Below, piece by piece: positions 20,793-30,004 of a stretch of 56,474 nt of DNA. Position 1 is the stretch's first letter. Each line of letters opens with the position of its first letter. The notes below the pieces were generated by a model. The model made no database searches, was not told the origin of the DNA, and saw only the letters and a program-made list of their open reading frames with translations. Both the position numbers and the translations under genes were made by a program. This DNA is from an uncultured Planctomycetales bacterium (lineage in GTDB: Bacteria > Omnitrophota > Gorgyraeia > Gygaellales > Profunditerraquicolaceae), in NCBI GenBank assembly GCA_964487475.1, contig CAZAPM010000014.1:1-56474 (forward strand), given 5' to 3'.

Positions 20793-21833
20793 ATGAAAGA
20801 GCTCTCCGGTATAGCTACAGGTATCGGCAGTCTGCCTTTTGAAGGGCCCCATGCTGCCCGGGATGCGGTGCAGGCGGTGTTGACCCATTTTCCGCAGCTT
20901 CCCTTTTGGCCCCAGTTGCCGAAGCTCGGCCCACGGGAGGGGATGCTGATGCAGTTCATCGAGGGGCTGCCTTGCCTGAAGGCCAAGGATAAGGATGTCA
21001 TCATTGATAACTCATTGCGGGATAATGAGTTAGAGTCTTTCTATGAAAAACTCCTTGCCGATGATCCCGAGCCTTTCGCTATCAGCAGGGAGTATGCCGC
21101 GGGGTTTTACGAATTTATGGAGCATATTAAGACGCACGGCTCCGGCCAGGCGCTCTATCTTAAAGGGCACATCACCGGGCCTTTCACCTTCGCGGCCGGG
21201 ACAGTCGATGAGCACGGCAAAGCCCTGCTGCATGACGAGGTGCTGATGCAGGCGCTGATCAAGGGGCTGGCGATGAAAGCCCGCTGGCAGGTGCGGCATT
21301 TCCGCTCGCTAGGCTGCCGCGCCGTCATATTCATCGACGAACCTTACCTGGCGGCGTTCGGATCGGCGTACACGCCGCTGACCAAAGAAGCGGTCGTGGA
21401 GGGGCTCACCGACCTGGTCGCCTCCTTCAAGGAAGAGGGGGTGCTGGTGGGAGTACACTGCTGTGGGAACACCGATTGGTCCCTTTTCACCGATACTCCC
21501 GGCATCGATATCATCAATTTCGACGCCTACGGGTTCGCGGACAAGGTAGCCCTTTATGCCCCTTCTTTCGCGCCTTTCCTTGAGTCCGGGGGGTATTTGT
21601 GCTGGGGGGTGGTCCCTACGCAGGAGATCGAAACGGAACCGTCGGCCAAATCCCTGGCCGAGAGAGTACGCAGGGGCATGGATGCGTTTGTCGCGAAAGG
21701 CATTGCGCGCGCGTTGCTTACGAACAACCTACTGGTAAGTCCCAGCTGCGGGCTGGGCAGTCTTAAAACCTCCCAGGCCGCCCTGGTGCTGGAGAGGGTA
21801 GGCCAGGTGTGCGCGGAATTATCGCGAAAATAA
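20793..21833 (+). CDS. Core (single-barrel) MetE-like methionine synthase, MesB-like
   Basis: 346 aa; TGIGSLP, WPQLP, KGHITGPFT, FIDEP, Zn ligands HCC, FD, PSCGLG. Confidence 0.75.
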   Translation: MKELSGIATGIGSLPFEGPHAARDAVQAVLTHFPQLPFWPQLPKLGPREGMLMQFIEGLPCLKAKDKDVIIDNSLRDNELESFYEKLLADDPEPFAISREYAAGFYEFMEHIKTHGSGQALYLKGHITGPFTFAAGTVDEHGKALLHDEVLMQALIKGLAMKARWQVRHFRSLGCRAVIFIDEPYLAAFGSAYTPLTKEAVVEGLTDLVASFKEEGVLVGVHCCGNTDWSLFTDTPGIDIINFDAYGFADKVALYAPSFAPFLESGGYLCWGVVPTQEIETEPSAKSLAERVRRGMDAFVAKGIARALLTNNLLVSPSCGLGSLKTSQAALVLERVGQVCAELSRK

Positions 21834-21839
21834 TTGTAT

Positions 21840-21867
21840 TTGACAAAGGTTCCCCGCGTGATAAAAT
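21840..21867 (+). promoter_or_regulatory. Sigma70-type promoter of the por operon
   Basis: TTGACA-16 nt-TAAAAT with TG extension. Confidence 0.7.
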
Positions 21868-21911
21868 AATTACCTACTTTTTCCCTTCACCCATATTAAG
21901 GAGTAACTGCA

Positions 21912-22463
21912 ATGAAAGAGATACGTATCCACGCGCGTGCGGGCCAGGGCGCGATCACCACCGCTTCCCTTCTGGGGTATGCCTATTTTCTCAAGGGCAT
22001 GTATCCGTACGCATTCCCGCACTTCGGAGCCGCGCGTATGGGCGCTCCCATGAACGCTTTTGTCCGTGTCGATTCCAAACCGGTGCGCCTGCGCAGCCAG
22101 ATCTACGAACCGGATTACCTGATCATCGTCGATCCTACCCTTTTGCGCGGGTATAACTGTTTTTCCGGGCTGAAAGAGGAAGGTATCGCCCTGATCAGCG
22201 GGAACGAGGGCACGGAAGTGCCTAAAGTCGGCGCCCGCCAGAAGGCCATCGTGCTTCCGGCGACCGAGATCGCCATGAAGACTATCGGCAGGCCGCTGGG
22301 CAACACCGCGCTTCTGGGCGGTTTCTGCGCCGCGACCGGCGAGTTCGGGCTGGAAACGCTGTTCGAGGTCATCAAGAAGAGATTCCCCGGCAAGATCCAG
22401 GAGAGCAACATCGAATCTGCCCGCCAGGGATTTGATTTCGTCACTAAAAAACTAAAGGGGTAA
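21912..22463 (+). CDS. porC: Pyruvate/2-oxoacid:ferredoxin oxidoreductase gamma subunit
   Basis: EIRIHARAGQGA, FPHFGAARMGAP, NTALLG. Confidence 0.9.
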   Translation: MKEIRIHARAGQGAITTASLLGYAYFLKGMYPYAFPHFGAARMGAPMNAFVRVDSKPVRLRSQIYEPDYLIIVDPTLLRGYNCFSGLKEEGIALISGNEGTEVPKVGARQKAIVLPATEIAMKTIGRPLGNTALLGGFCAATGEFGLETLFEVIKKRFPGKIQESNIESARQGFDFVTKKLKG

Positions 22464-22466
22464 ACT

Positions 22467-22730
22467 ATGTACGGACCGTTGATCATAAAACCCGGTTCCA
22501 GCGTTAAGAACAAGACCGGATCATGGCGCATCGAGGTTCGCCCTAAGTTCCTGAAGAAGAACTGCATCGCCTGCAATATGTGCGTGATGATCTGCCCCGA
22601 GGGGTGCATCAAGGGCCAGGGCAAGAATTCGTATGACTGCGATTACGCCTATTGCAAGGGCTGCGGCAACTGTGCGGCGATCTGCCCGAAAAAAGACATC
22701 GAGATGATAAAAGAGGAAGCAAAGGACTAA
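22467..22730 (+). CDS. porD: POR delta subunit (2x[4Fe-4S])
   Basis: NKTGSWR, CIACNMC..CP, CKGCGNC..CP. Confidence 0.9.
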   Translation: MYGPLIIKPGSSVKNKTGSWRIEVRPKFLKKNCIACNMCVMICPEGCIKGQGKNSYDCDYAYCKGCGNCAAICPKKDIEMIKEEAKD

Positions 22731-22731
22731 T

Positions 22732-23913
22732 ATGAAAGAATTTCTGGAAGGTTCACTGGCAATAGCAGAAGCGGTCAGGCTTTGCAAGCCCGGATTGGTA
22801 TCGGCGTACCCGATCACCCCCCAGACCCACATCGTCGAGGAATTGGCGAGCATGGTCGCGGACGGGCATCTGAAATCCCAGTTCGTCAATGTGGAAAGCG
22901 AGCATTCCGCCGCATCCGTCGTGCTCGGCGGATCGGCCGCGGGAGTGCGCACCTATACCGCGACCAGCTCCCAGGGGCTCTTGTACATGGGAGAGGTGGT
23001 GTTCAACATCGGAGGCTTGCGCCTGCCGGTGGTGATGACGGTGGCCAACCGCGCCATCTCCGCGCCGATCAACATCTGGAACGATCAGCAGGATTCGATC
23101 TCCCTGCGCGATGCCGGATGGATACAGGTATACGCGGAAGACCTGCAGCAGGCGGTGGACCTGCATTTCATCGCGTATAAGCTGGCGGAAGACCACGGAG
23201 TGATGCTGCCGGTCATGGTATGTATGGACGGGTTCATCCTGACCCACGGCATCGAGACCGTGGATATGCCCGACCAGGCGCAGGTAGACAAGTTCCTTCC
23301 CCCGTATTCCCCGCTCTACAAGCTCGATGTCAACAATCCCATCAGTATCGGTCCTCTGGTCGATCCGGATTATTATATGGAAACCCGGTATGCCATCGAA
23401 GAGACCATGAAAAAAACGCTCGACCTCATGCCTAAGGTGTTCGCGGATTTCGCCGGAGTGTTCGGCCGCACCTACGGACTGGTGGAAGGGTATGAGCTGG
23501 AGGATGCCGAGCGGGTGATCGTGGCCATGGGATCGGTGTGCGGCACGGTCAAGGAAGTGATCGACGAGATGCGCGCGAAGGGCAAGAAGGTGGGGCTGCT
23601 GAAGCTTACCTCGTACCGGCCTTTCCCGGCGCAGGAGCTTTGCGAAGCGCTTAAGGACGTGCCGAAAGTGGCGGTGCTGGACAGGGCGCTTTCCTTAGGT
23701 TCCTACGGCCCGCTTTCCGGCGAGGTCAAGGCCGCGTTCTACGGCCGCAAGAAGAAGCCCGAGCATATCGGCAGCTACGTCATCGGCATGGGCGGACGCG
23801 ACATCACCAAGGATTCGATCAGGGAAGTCTTCAGGCTTCTTTCCGGCAAGGAGAAATCCACCGCCGAATTTATCGATTTGAAACCCGAACTGCTGAAGGA
23901 AAAATATGAATAG
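22732..23913 (+). CDS. porA: POR alpha subunit
   Basis: AYPITPQT, VESEHSA, TATSSQGL, NRAISAPINIW. Confidence 0.92.
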   Translation: MKEFLEGSLAIAEAVRLCKPGLVSAYPITPQTHIVEELASMVADGHLKSQFVNVESEHSAASVVLGGSAAGVRTYTATSSQGLLYMGEVVFNIGGLRLPVVMTVANRAISAPINIWNDQQDSISLRDAGWIQVYAEDLQQAVDLHFIAYKLAEDHGVMLPVMVCMDGFILTHGIETVDMPDQAQVDKFLPPYSPLYKLDVNNPISIGPLVDPDYYMETRYAIEETMKKTLDLMPKVFADFAGVFGRTYGLVEGYELEDAERVIVAMGSVCGTVKEVIDEMRAKGKKVGLLKLTSYRPFPAQELCEALKDVPKVAVLDRALSLGSYGPLSGEVKAAFYGRKKKPEHIGSYVIGMGGRDITKDSIREVFRLLSGKEKSTAEFIDLKPELLKEKYE

Positions 23914-24784
23914 CCAACTCTTCAATCCCGGCCATACTGCGTGTTCCGGCTGCGGCCAGTCGCTGGCAGCCCGTCTGGTGCTCGAAGCCGCCGGCCCCAA
24001 TACGGTCGTCGTCAACAACACCGGGTGTCTGGAAGTCTTCTCCACCAAGTTCCCCGAATCGGCATGGAATGTGCCGTGGATCCACTCGCTCTTCGAGAAT
24101 GCGGCGGCAGTCGCATCCGGCGTGGAGCAGGGGCTGATCTTCCTGGGCACCAAGGAAAAGATCAACGTCATCGCCCAGGGCGGCGACGGCTCTACCGCGG
24201 ATATCGGGTTGCAGGCGCTTTCCGGCATGCTCGAGCGCGGCCATGATATCCTCTACGTTTGCTATGATAACGAGGCGTACATGAACACCGGCGTGCAGCG
24301 TTCCGGTTTGACGCCTTTTGACACCAGCACTTCCACCAGTCCCGTGGGCAAGCTTTCCACGGGCAACTGGCGGCCGAAGAAACCCATGCCTGAGATCGCC
24401 GCGGCGCACGGGATCCCGTATGTCGCGACCGCGTCCGCCGGGTTCCCGCAGGATATCACCCGCAAGGTGAAGAAGGCGCTGAGCATCAAAGGGCCGAAGT
24501 ACATTCAGATCCACGTTCCCTGCCCGTTAGGGTGGAGGTACGAATCCGCGCAGACCTTTGCGGTGGGTAAGCTGGCGGTGGAAACGGGGCTGTATCCGCT
24601 GTTCGAATACGAGAACGGCACCTACACTCCCCGGCAGATCACCCCTAAACCGGTCGAGGAGTATCTTAAGGTTCAGGGAAGGTTCAAGCATCTTTTGGGC
24701 AATGCGGGGGAGATCGCGAAAGTGCAGGCGATCGCCGACGCCAATATTGCCAAATACAACCTGCGTGTGCAGGCAAGCGCCTAG
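23906..24784 (+). CDS. porB: POR beta subunit (TPP-binding)
   Basis: GHTACSGCG, TGCLEV, GGDGSTADIG, DNEAYMNTG, PCPLGW. Confidence 0.92.
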   Translation: MNSQLFNPGHTACSGCGQSLAARLVLEAAGPNTVVVNNTGCLEVFSTKFPESAWNVPWIHSLFENAAAVASGVEQGLIFLGTKEKINVIAQGGDGSTADIGLQALSGMLERGHDILYVCYDNEAYMNTGVQRSGLTPFDTSTSTSPVGKLSTGNWRPKKPMPEIAAAHGIPYVATASAGFPQDITRKVKKALSIKGPKYIQIHVPCPLGWRYESAQTFAVGKLAVETGLYPLFEYENGTYTPRQITPKPVEEYLKVQGRFKHLLGNAGEIAKVQAIADANIAKYNLRVQASA

Positions 24785-24834
24785 ACCTTAGCGTGTAAGG
24801 TGCCTTAAGGCGGGCGCGGAACAGAGGAGGAGAG

Positions 24835-25314
24835 ATGGGAAAGCAACTGAGGGCAATTTCCGAAGTCAGCCTTAAGGACCTGGTCAAGGATCTTACCAAA
24901 GCGTATTGCGACGAGTGGTTGGCATATTACCTTTATTGGTACATGGCGCAGACCGTTTCCGGCAAAGCCTACGAGGATATGAAGGAGATGCTGGAGAAGA
25001 TCGCCAAGGACGAGCTGGAGCACGCTACCGAGCTGGCGGACCTTATCGTGAAGCTGGGGGGCATGCCTATCGCCAACCCCATGGAGCTCGAGAAGAACGC
25101 CAACGCCCCGTACCTGGTGCCGCCGAAGAATACCGCGGATATCAACCGCATGATCAGGATCGTGGCGGAAGCGGAAGCGCAGGCGATCGACGTCTATCAG
25201 AAGATCGCCAAAAAGACCTTCGGCAAGGATATGGTGACCTATCAGGTCATCACCCACATCCTGGCGGAAGAGGCGGATCACGAGGAGATCTTCGAGAATT
25301 TGCAGGAGCGTTGA
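24835..25314 (+). CDS. Ferritin-like protein, DPS-like (DPSL) type
   Basis: DEWLAYYLYW, ExxH diiron motifs (ELEH, EADH), KD.VTY. Confidence 0.85.
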   Translation: MGKQLRAISEVSLKDLVKDLTKAYCDEWLAYYLYWYMAQTVSGKAYEDMKEMLEKIAKDELEHATELADLIVKLGGMPIANPMELEKNANAPYLVPPKNTADINRMIRIVAEAEAQAIDVYQKIAKKTFGKDMVTYQVITHILAEEADHEEIFENLQER

Positions 25315-25351
25315 GGATAACACATATTTAATCAAGCGAAAGGATTGTACG

Positions 25352-25534
25352 ATGGCAAAAGTGACAGTCGATGCGGGAACGTGTGTCGGATGCGGGTTGT
25401 GCGAGCAGGTGTGCCCGGAAGTGTTCAAGATCGAGTCTGACGGTGTCGCGCACGTGAAGACCGACTCCTGCGCGTCCTGCAACGTCAAGGATGTGGCGGA
25501 TCAGTGCCCGGTGAGCGCGATCAAAGTCGCGTAA
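25352..25534 (+). CDS. Monocluster ferredoxin
   Basis: CVGCGLCEQVCPEVF ... CPVSAI, 60 aa. Confidence 0.92.
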   Translation: MAKVTVDAGTCVGCGLCEQVCPEVFKIESDGVAHVKTDSCASCNVKDVADQCPVSAIKVA

Positions 25535-25545
25535 GGGGAAAAATC

Positions 25546-25582
25546 AAAGCCGGACCGCGGGTTGCGGTCCGGCTTTTTTTTT
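25546..25582. terminator. Intrinsic terminator, probably bidirectional
   Basis: AAA-GCCGGACCGC-loop-GCGGTCCGGC-T9 between convergent genes. Confidence 0.88.
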
Positions 25583-25600
25583 GGGCCCTGAGGAAGCGGT

Positions 25601-27013
25601 TCAGTAACGGCTGGCTTTCTCTTTGAGCTCGTTGACGAATTTTTCGAAAGTTTCCTGTTTCTTGAGGGCTAAGGTTTTGGCCCGGAACTCCGCCTTATCC
25701 TTGGCATATTGCTGCTCATCCAGCGGTTTCTTGGATTTGAGCTTGAGCACGTAAAAGCCGGTAACGGTGGGGACGAGGGGGCTGAGCTCTCCCTCTTTAA
25801 GGGATTGCCCGAGCGCCCAGAAAGTGTCGGAGGCGCCGATCCCTTCCAGGTAGGTCCCGAACACGAAGGGTTCGGTCGTGGCCGTGGTCAGGCCGTGGCT
25901 TTTGGCCGTTTTTTCGAAGGTGTCCCCGGTCGCGGTTTTCTGGAAGGTCTCCGCTTTCTTTTTTGCCAGTTCCCTCGATCTTTCTTTGATGAAAGCCTCG
26001 CGTACTTTATCCCTGGCCTGTTCGAAATCCGGGATATACGGCTCTTTGCGTTCTTTGACGCGTATCAGGTAGAGGGATTTCTCCGAATTGACCACGGGAA
26101 GGAAATCGCCGGGTTTCGCTTTGAAGATGAGCATGGCCAGCTGCGGGGACCATCCGATCCCGGGGATCGGGTCGTTCTCCGAGAATATTCCGGTTTCCTT
26201 GACCTGCATGCCGTTGGCTGCCGCGATCTGCTCGAAGGGTTCCTTCTTGCGCAGGCGGGCGGACATGTCCTGGGAGAGCCGGCGCAGCGCTTCATCCGGC
26301 ATCCCCTCCGAGGATTTCTCCGCGTACTCCAGGTTGAAGGAGAGGGGGATCTTGAAGGCGGCGGCATTGGCCTGGAAATACTCCTTGAGCGCCGCCTCGT
26401 CGGCGGTGACTTCCTTTTCGGCGTCGGCGTTGAGGCTTGCCGCATAGGTTACCGTGACCGCTTCGTTGGCTTTACGGTACTCGGAGTAGACTTCGTCATC
26501 GGAGAGGGATATCTGCGCGGTCACCTTTTCAAAGAGCTTGGCGATCATTAAGGTCTGGCGCAGCTGCTCTTCGAATTCCCGCGGCTGCAGGTGCAGATCG
26601 TAGCGCAGCACCTCCTGGTATATCTTTTCGTTGAACCCTTCCGTATCGTGGAAGAAGGGGATCTTGACCAGCGCCTCGATCACTTCCTTGTCGCTCACGC
26701 GCAGGGAGCGCTTGCGCGCTTCCCCCAGCAGCAGTATCCGCTCCCAGGCGGCGGTCTCCAGGTTCATCTCCGGGAACGCCTGGGCGGCCTGCCTGCCGTA
26801 CTGCATTACCAGCTGGTTGCGGGTAGCCAGAAGGGCGGCGCGGAACTCGTCCAGGGACACCTTCCTGCCGAAAAGGATCCCGGCGAACTCCTCTTTGCGG
26901 CTATCCCGCATCAGGCTGCCCGATCCCCACAGTACGAACGCCGGCACGATGATCACGGCCAGCACGATCCATATCTTTCTGGCGGTCTTTTTGTCGCGTA
27001 ATTGCTTTAACAT
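25601..27013 (-). CDS. SurA N-terminal/PpiD-like periplasmic chaperone (peptidyl-prolyl isomerase family)
   Basis: Start MLKQLRDKKTARKIWIVLAVIIVPAFVLWG is a typical PpiD anchor; GELSPLVPTVTGFYVLK parvulin-like ends. The extra N-terminal part in the ORF track is antisense to hisG. Confidence 0.85.
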   Translation of the reverse strand: MLKQLRDKKTARKIWIVLAVIIVPAFVLWGSGSLMRDSRKEEFAGILFGRKVSLDEFRAALLATRNQLVMQYGRQAAQAFPEMNLETAAWERILLLGEARKRSLRVSDKEVIEALVKIPFFHDTEGFNEKIYQEVLRYDLHLQPREFEEQLRQTLMIAKLFEKVTAQISLSDDEVYSEYRKANEAVTVTYAASLNADAEKEVTADEAALKEYFQANAAAFKIPLSFNLEYAEKSSEGMPDEALRRLSQDMSARLRKKEPFEQIAAANGMQVKETGIFSENDPIPGIGWSPQLAMLIFKAKPGDFLPVVNSEKSLYLIRVKERKEPYIPDFEQARDKVREAFIKERSRELAKKKAETFQKTATGDTFEKTAKSHGLTTATTEPFVFGTYLEGIGASDTFWALGQSLKEGELSPLVPTVTGFYVLKLKSKKPLDEQQYAKDKAEFRAKTLALKKQETFEKFVNELKEKASRY

Positions 27014-27059
27014 TGTTCCCTCGCGGTTGCCAAGTTGGAATTCCGGTAAAATCCTCTGT

Positions 27060-27088
27060 ATTATAGGTAAAATCGCCCCGCAGCGCAA
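27060..27088 (-). promoter_or_regulatory. Sigma70-type promoter for the SurA/PpiD gene
   Basis: Minus strand TTGCGC-17 nt-TATAAT. Confidence 0.6.
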
Positions 27089-27115
27089 CAGAAATCGCGC
27101 TCCGCAAATTTGTCC

Positions 27116-27144
27116 TTTACAAACATGAATGGTGTGGGTATAAT
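27116..27144 (+). promoter_or_regulatory. Sigma70-type promoter for hisG
   Basis: TTTACA-17 nt-TATAAT. Confidence 0.7.
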
Positions 27145-27175
27145 GAAAACCCGTGTGTATGAAAGGAATGCTATT

Positions 27176-28060
27176 ATGAAAACGCAAGTGCTGAAACTCG
27201 GACTGCCCAAGGGCAGCCTGCAGGAAGCGACATTCAGGATGTTCAAGAAGGCGGGGTTCAACGTGTCCCTTTCCTCGGACCGTTCTTATTTCCCTTCCAT
27301 AGATGATCCTCAGATCGAGTGCGTGCTGCTGCGGGCGCAGGAGATGTCCCGGTATGTGGCTGACGGAGCCCTGGACTGCGGCATTACCGGCACGGATTGG
27401 GTGCTGGAGAACGGTTCGGAGGTGGTCAGCGTCTCCGACCTGGCGTATTCCAAGCAGACGGCGAACAAGGTGCGCTGGGTGCTGGCGGTGCCTGAAGCCG
27501 CGGGATATAAGACGGTACAGGACCTGGAAGGTAAACGCATCGCGACCGAGCTGGTGCGGGTGACCCAGGAGTATTTCCGCACGCACAAGGTGAACGTCGC
27601 CGTAGAATTCAGCTGGGGCGCGACCGAGGTCAAGGTCAATTCCGGGCTGGTGGACGCGATCGTGGACTTGACCGAGACCGGCAGGTCGCTTCGCGCCAAC
27701 AAGCTGGCGATCATGGATACCCTTTGTGAATCCACGACCCAGTTCATCGCGAACAAGGCCGCCTATCAGGATGCCTGGAAAAAGGATAAGATGGAACAGG
27801 TGGTGCTCCTCTTGCAGGGAGCGATCGCCGCGGAATCGAAAGTCGGCTTGAAGATGAACGTGAAGCGTTCCGACCTTTCCAAGGTCATCGAGGTGCTTCC
27901 GGCGCTGAAGAAGCCCACCGTTTCCGGCCTGGCCGAGGATTCCTGGTGCGCGGTCGAGACCATCATCGAAGAGAAGATCGTGCGGGAGCTCATTCCGCAG
28001 TTGAAAAAAGCAGGGGCGGAAGGGATCATCGAGTACCCGCTCAATAAGGTCATTTATTAG
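27176..28060 (+). CDS. hisG: ATP phosphoribosyltransferase, long form
   Basis: [33 protein letters not shown]-terminal regulatory domain. Confidence 0.95.
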   Translation: MKTQVLKLGLPKGSLQEATFRMFKKAGFNVSLSSDRSYFPSIDDPQIECVLLRAQEMSRYVADGALDCGITGTDWVLENGSEVVSVSDLAYSKQTANKVRWVLAVPEAAGYKTVQDLEGKRIATELVRVTQEYFRTHKVNVAVEFSWGATEVKVNSGLVDAIVDLTETGRSLRANKLAIMDTLCESTTQFIANKAAYQDAWKKDKMEQVVLLLQGAIAAESKVGLKMNVKRSDLSKVIEVLPALKKPTVSGLAEDSWCAVETIIEEKIVRELIPQLKKAGAEGIIEYPLNKVIY

Positions 28061-28069
28061 GAGGCCCAC

Positions 28070-28171
28070 ATGCCTTGCGGCAAGAAGCGAAAAAGACAAA
28101 AGATCAAGACCCACAAGAGGAAAAAGCTGCGTCGTCGTCTGCGTCACGTGAAGAAGAGAGCCTGGGCATAA
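28070..28171 (+). CDS. 33-aa basic protein, AURKAIP1/COX24 domain (bS22/mS38-like ribosomal protein)
   Basis: Translated by hand: MPCGKKRKRQKIKTHKRKKLRRRLRHVKKRAWA*; GGAGG SD immediately upstream; absent from the ORF track. Confidence 0.85.
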   Translation: MPCGKKRKRQKIKTHKRKKLRRRLRHVKKRAWA

Positions 28172-28191
28172 GCCCCGGGCGTAAGGCGTGT

Positions 28192-29139
28192 ATGCGCCCG
28201 ATCTTCTTCCTGCTGATGTTGTGCGTTGTGCCGGGGCAGGGGATCGCTTTTGAAAAAAAGGATTCCCGCGCCCTGGCGCATTTTCTCATGGGGCAGGTGT
28301 ATGAAAAACGGGGGGATGCCGATCTGGCGTTCCCCGAGTATCAGGCAGCGCTCAAGAGCGATCCTCAGAACTCCCAGATCCACCTGAAGATAGCTTCGAT
28401 CTACATCCGGCGTAACGAGATCCCCAAGGCGATCGCAGCATTGCAGCACGCGGCGCAGTATGATCCCGGGGCCATCGAGCCCCAGGCGGCCCTGGCGCTT
28501 TTGTATACTTTGCAGCGCAAACCGGGGTTAGCCGGCGCCGCCTACGAGCGGGCGTTGTTCAACGCTACGGAGCGGGAGGCGGGAAGCTCCGAGATCTACA
28601 AGGCGCTGGGGATGGTGTACCTCGGGCAGCAGAAGTTCGCGGAGGCGCTCAAAGGCTTCGAGAAGGCGATCGAGCTGGGGGATGCCGATGCGCTGACGTT
28701 CTTTTATGCCGCGCTTTCCAATGACCGGGCCGGGGATAAGGGCAAGGTCGCGGCGTACCTTTCCAGGGCGATCGAGCTCGATCCGCAGATGCACGAGGCC
28801 CTCAATTATCTCGGGTATATCTATACCGAGTCCGGAGGAGAGCTGGAGCGGGCGGAGGAGCTGATCCGCCGGGCGCTGAAGCTCGACCCCGAGAACGGCG
28901 CCTACATCGACAGTTTAGGCTGGTTGTATTTCAAGCGGGGGAATGTCGCGGAAGCGCTGCGGCACCTTGAGCGTGCGGATTCCCTGCTGGACGATCCGGT
29001 GATCAGCGATCACCTGGGTGACGCGTATATCACGCAGGGCAACGCCGCGAAAGCGCGCGCGGCCTGGGAAAAATCCCTGAAACTCGATCCGCACCAGGAC
29101 CTGGTGCGCAAGAAATTAGAACAAACCCCATTGCCATGA
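28192..29139 (+). CDS. Exported tetratricopeptide-repeat protein
   Basis: Signal peptide from ATG 28192; TPR motifs ALNYLGY, AYIDSLGW, HLGDAY. Confidence 0.88.
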   Translation: MRPIFFLLMLCVVPGQGIAFEKKDSRALAHFLMGQVYEKRGDADLAFPEYQAALKSDPQNSQIHLKIASIYIRRNEIPKAIAALQHAAQYDPGAIEPQAALALLYTLQRKPGLAGAAYERALFNATEREAGSSEIYKALGMVYLGQQKFAEALKGFEKAIELGDADALTFFYAALSNDRAGDKGKVAAYLSRAIELDPQMHEALNYLGYIYTESGGELERAEELIRRALKLDPENGAYIDSLGWLYFKRGNVAEALRHLERADSLLDDPVISDHLGDAYITQGNAAKARAAWEKSLKLDPHQDLVRKKLEQTPLP

Positions 29140-29975
29140 ACAATCATGTGACCACGCAGTACGCTGACGCAAAGATCAAGGAACTGGAACTCAAAGCCAA
29201 GTCTATCCGGCGTTCGATCGTCGAAATGGTGGCAAAAGCGGGGTCCGGGCATCCGGGAGGAAGCCTCTCCGCGACCGACCTGATCACCGCGCTTTTCTTC
29301 GCGGTGATGCGTTACAAATCCCAGGAGCCGCATTGGGCGGAGCGGGACCGTTTCCATCTTTCCAAGGGGCACTGCTGCCCGTTGCTGTATTCGGTGCTGG
29401 CCGAAGCGGGGTTCTTCCCGAAGGAAAAGCTGATGACCCTGCGCCAGCTCGGTTCCATGCTGCAGGGGCATCCCGACCGGCGCACGCCGGGTGTGGAGGC
29501 CGCGTCCGGTTCCCTGGGACAGGGGATTTCGGTGGCGATGGGGATGAGCCTGGCGGCAAAGATCGACAAGCGGGACAGCCGGGTCTACGTCCTGATCGGA
29601 GACGGCGAAAGCCAGGAAGGCAATATCTGGGAAGCTGCCATGTCCGCGAGCCATTTCAAGTGCGACAATCTCTGCGCCATCATGGATTATAACGGGTTCC
29701 AGATCGACGGGAAGACCTGCGACGTCATGAACTTGGAGCCTTTGGCCGCCAAGTGGCAGGCCTTCGGCTGGCATACCGTCGAGATCGACGGCCACGATAT
29801 GCGCCAGATCCTCGAAGCGTACGAGGAGGCGAAAGTGATCAAGGCCAAGCCCACGATCATCATCGCCAAGACGGTCAAGGGAAAGGGAGTCTCCTTCATG
29901 GAGAACGTCTGCGATTTCCACGGACGGGCCCCGACCAGGGAAGAGACCCTTCAGGCGCTTTCGGAATTATCATAA
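29136..29975 (+). CDS. tkt: Transketolase N-terminal subunit
   Basis: SGHPGGSLS, LSKGH, LQGHP, GSLGQG, GDGESQEG. Confidence 0.93.
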   Translation: MNNHVTTQYADAKIKELELKAKSIRRSIVEMVAKAGSGHPGGSLSATDLITALFFAVMRYKSQEPHWAERDRFHLSKGHCCPLLYSVLAEAGFFPKEKLMTLRQLGSMLQGHPDRRTPGVEAASGSLGQGISVAMGMSLAAKIDKRDSRVYVLIGDGESQEGNIWEAAMSASHFKCDNLCAIMDYNGFQIDGKTCDVMNLEPLAAKWQAFGWHTVEIDGHDMRQILEAYEEAKVIKAKPTIIIAKTVKGKGVSFMENVCDFHGRAPTREETLQALSELS

Positions 29976-30004
29976 ATCAACGCTTCCAACGGCAAGGGAC
30001 AATC

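Noticed and set aside
24785..24811. Small palindromes ACCTTA..TAAGGT and GCCTTAAGGC after porB
   Set aside because: Too short to call, no U tract; the resemblance to the 47280 hairpin is only 8 nt.
27069..27106. Direct repeat AAATCGC..CCGCA between divergent promoters
   Set aside because: Short and imperfect; could be an operator but cannot be told from chance.
27014..28147. N-terminal extension making the SurA/PpiD ORF 848 aa
   Set aside because: Antisense to hisG; the PpiD-type N-terminus and its own promoter place the start at 27013.
28075..28191. N-terminal extension of the TPR ORF
   Set aside because: Overlaps the SD-led bS22-like ORF; the signal peptide begins at ATG 28192.
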